Source of the DNA: Takakia lepidozioides
Taxonomy: Eukaryota; Plantae; Bryophyta
Assembly: GCA_030704615.1 (NCBI GenBank)
Contig: CM060731.1
Coordinates: forward strand, 75,268,001 to 75,332,000
Length of the DNA: 64,000 nucleotides
Direction of reading: 5' to 3'
Position 1 is the stretch's first letter; each line of letters opens with the position of its first letter. The position numbers and the translations under genes are program-made. The notes under the pieces were generated by a model. It made no database searches and was not told the DNA's origin. It was given only the letters and a program-made list of their open reading frames with translations. Of this stretch, positions 61,204-64,000 are shown piece by piece.

Positions 61204-63109
61204 CCTAATACATAGGCCCACCCGTTTTCCTTTCTTATTTTCTTTATTTGTTTGTTCGTTTTTCTCGTTTCAAACTCTGAGAGAGGACAAGAAGATTCTA
61301 ATATCCCATGATATATACCTAGAATATTCTGACTGGCTATGGACTAGGTAGCCGAGACTGGCTAATGGGGTGTAGCCGGACACCAGCAGTGCCAATAGGC
61401 GGTAGCATCGAGGGATTCCCTGGTGTCAAGCTACACCTCGTAGCCGGTCAAGTCTCCGTAGACATAACCGGTTGTCTCCGTTTCAAACCCCTGCGTGCTG
61501 CCTCTCTGTCTGCTTACGGAAACAACACAAAAATAACAAGCCTCAAACAACGACAATGGGCTCTCTTGCTTTGGCAATACATAACAGAGGTAAGGGTGAG
61601 GGGCATGACTCAGCATAACACACCAATGAGAGCCTTGACACGGTGTAAGGTCCTTTGACCACATTTTCTCGGTTGACCTCAACATGATGCAAAGTCTCTC
61701 TCTACAAGAGAGCCAATAAATAATAAAGAAATGCTTGATAAGTGGCGAGCGACATGGCAGGCTACAGACGGCGAGCGGGCTACAGCAGGGCAGCCGGGCG
61801 GACGAAACGCCCGGGAGCAGCCCGGCCACTGCAGTCTGCACTGCACCTAAGGAAAACTCCGAATCTATCCCGGAAGCCCTTGGGGGGCCCACGCCTTAAG
61901 TATCTGTTGCGTAGTTTGTCCGAAGATGAGCTCTGCGCAATAAAGGCGCCTGTGATGAATGCTCTTTCGGTGCTGTGCCTGGCTCGCTCCACTACACAAC
62001 ACAAGCACTCTGGAACCATCCCCGAGATCATTCCGCCTTTCCGAGGCCAGAGCCAAGACGCTGCTGACGAGGCGAAATGGTTCCTACAGCGATCGTTGGG
62101 CCGTTTATTCTCAAATCGTGGCGAAATCTCCTGCACAGAAACTGTAATAGTCAGTAGGGGGCGGATAATACCGGCAAGGGTCTTGTCGAGTAGCACGGTG
62201 GAAGGATGAGTAGGCACTTTAGGATTTCTGTTCACGTACTTACGTGTCAACTCCTGATCGCAACTGAGTAGGCCAGCTACTCACCGTAGCCAGCCACCCG
62301 CCACCCTGCATAAGGTCAAATTTTGGATGACAATTTGGAAAGCGTGGATTGCGTACATTGCTGGCGGAGCAATACTGCGATTGGAACAGGGGGGGGTGGT
62401 GTTGGGAGATGGGAGGGGTAGAAGGTATGGCGTACAAGGTACAATATGTAGGATTTCTTCAGTTTTTGTCATGGCGTCCAACTTTTCTCCCATCCAGCCT
62501 TTTTTTTTCTTTTTTTAATTTTAACAAGGGACGATGGCCCTGGATGAAATTCTATTAAGATTATTTGAAGGGAAAAAAATTAAAACCCTTGAGTGGCACT
62601 TGGCTGCCATAAGGCCTGAATACACGAAATCATGACACATGCTCCGAGGAAGAAGACGAATAGCTGAGCTAAGCAAGGAAAGCCTGGTCTCAAATAAGAC
62701 CTGTATCCTTCAACAAGAACAATTTCAACCTAGTAAAAGCTTCCTAGGGTAGGTGTGCTTCAGACTATGGAACCTAGTCTGAGAATCCTGGAGATTTGAT
62801 GAACGCCTTACAATACAAATACCTTCACTAATTTATGAGCAATACAAATTAGTTTGCATGGGCATGTGATTGCAATTTATTTTTACCTTTTGTATTTGCC
62901 CTCAATATGGTTTTATTTTCAGCTTTGAATACAGTATGATGACTATTGGGGAATACCATATCATTGTACATATTACCCCAGTATGTCATTTGAGTTTTTG
63001 CCATACCCATGCCTAGGACCAGGGTATCTCAAAATTGAAAATACCCATACCCATCCTATAACCTACCCTGGCTTGTCCTAATCTCTACACTAGACCCTAC
63101 CAACAGCCA

Positions 63110-63495
63110 CGTTGGACCTACCAGGACCAGTCTGGTGTGCCAAAATGGACCCAACTGGTACGTTGGACAGCGCAGCGAGTTGGTAGTTGGTATATCCATT
63201 TTGGTATGTCCATTTTGAACTGGTCCTCGTCCTTTGTCCAACTGGCAGTACTCGTATGCATACCAGCCTGGTCCATGCACTGGTCCATGTATCGGTATGT
63301 CCATTTTGAACTGGTCCTCGTCCTTTGTCCAACTGGTAGTACTCCGTATGCATACCAGCCTGGTCCATGCACTGGTCCATGTATTGGTATGTCCATTTTG
63401 GCATACCAGATTGGTCCTGGTAGGTCCGACGTGGACATACCAACTACCAACTCACCGCGACTTGTGTGCCAGTAGCCAGCTGGTCCTCGTCCAAT
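63110..63495. repeat. Tandem/subterminal repeat block with two ~92-bp units and shorter CTGGTCC / GTCCATTTTG motifs
   Basis: GGTATGTCCATTTTGAACTGGTCCTCGTCCTTTGTCCAACTGG repeated at ~63203 and ~63294. Confidence 0.8.
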
Positions 63496-64000
63496 AAAGG
63501 AATCTATAACCGATGTTTGAAGCATGTTGCCTACGTGGCAGAATTTAACTTGTCCTGGACAGGCCTGTCACCCACCGTAGCCCACCACCACCTGGGCCAC
63601 ACAGCCCTGTTGTGCTGTTTATTTGTTTTTTGGAACGAGACTTTGGTTAATTGGAATTTATTTATTGGACTGTATTATATTATAGAATATGAATATCTTA
63701 ACCCTTAAGTTCCCAAGCCCTTTCTTGACTTTTTACCAATTTTGGGTACCCAGCTGCAGTAAATTGCCCCTAGAAACCTACCAAAAATCATCCACAGATT
63801 CCAGCCTTATAGCAATGTGCCCAGCTCATTTATGCATGACATACCAAAAAATGAGCCAAGTCCACCTCGGAAATTGTGAGATTATAGCGTTGGCCCGTAC
63901 CTCAAATATCAGGTCCCAAATAAAAAGTGAGAAAGAAATTGGTTTGACCAAATCAAAACCTAGCTTTATCCAATTTTGCTTGCCCCAAGACCCACCATTT

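Noticed and set aside
63056-63525. Repeat-containing proteins in several frames
   Set aside because: The ORFs arise from a DNA tandem repeat open on both strands; no protein family signal.

Overview
Eukaryotic nuclear DNA from a land plant, most likely seed-free (bryophyte, lycophyte or fern); this is inferred from the PLS/E-class PPR fragments and the retrotransposon types. Three intact host genes sit in the middle: an AIG1/IAN (GIMAP-like) GTPase (-, 5 exons), a GH32 acid invertase with the 9-bp DPN mini-exon (+, 8 exons) and a single-exon SEP2-like LHC-family gene (+). The rest is mostly nested, decayed mobile DNA. (1) A Ty3/Gypsy element (1-~5730) carries a DNMT3-like C5 cytosine methyltransferase between protease and RT and a PHD finger after integrase. 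(2) A second Gypsy element (-) has a tRNA-Asp PBS, two tandem F-box-like ORFs in its presumed LTR, and an RT split by a 5.3-kb TIR element. (3) A ParB/Srx-like (DGNHR) ORF fragment lies near a regularly spaced array of TTTCGGCGCCGAAA palindromes. (4) Many scattered fragments derive from a gene joining OSB-type PDF motifs to PLS-PPR repeats. (5) There is also a Tcn1/Tf1-like element with a self-priming signature, tRNA-derived SINEs, MITEs, a CACTA end, LINE fragments and an RPL38 retrocopy. All calls come from motif reading by eye; no database searches were run. Frameshifts may be decay or assembly error.
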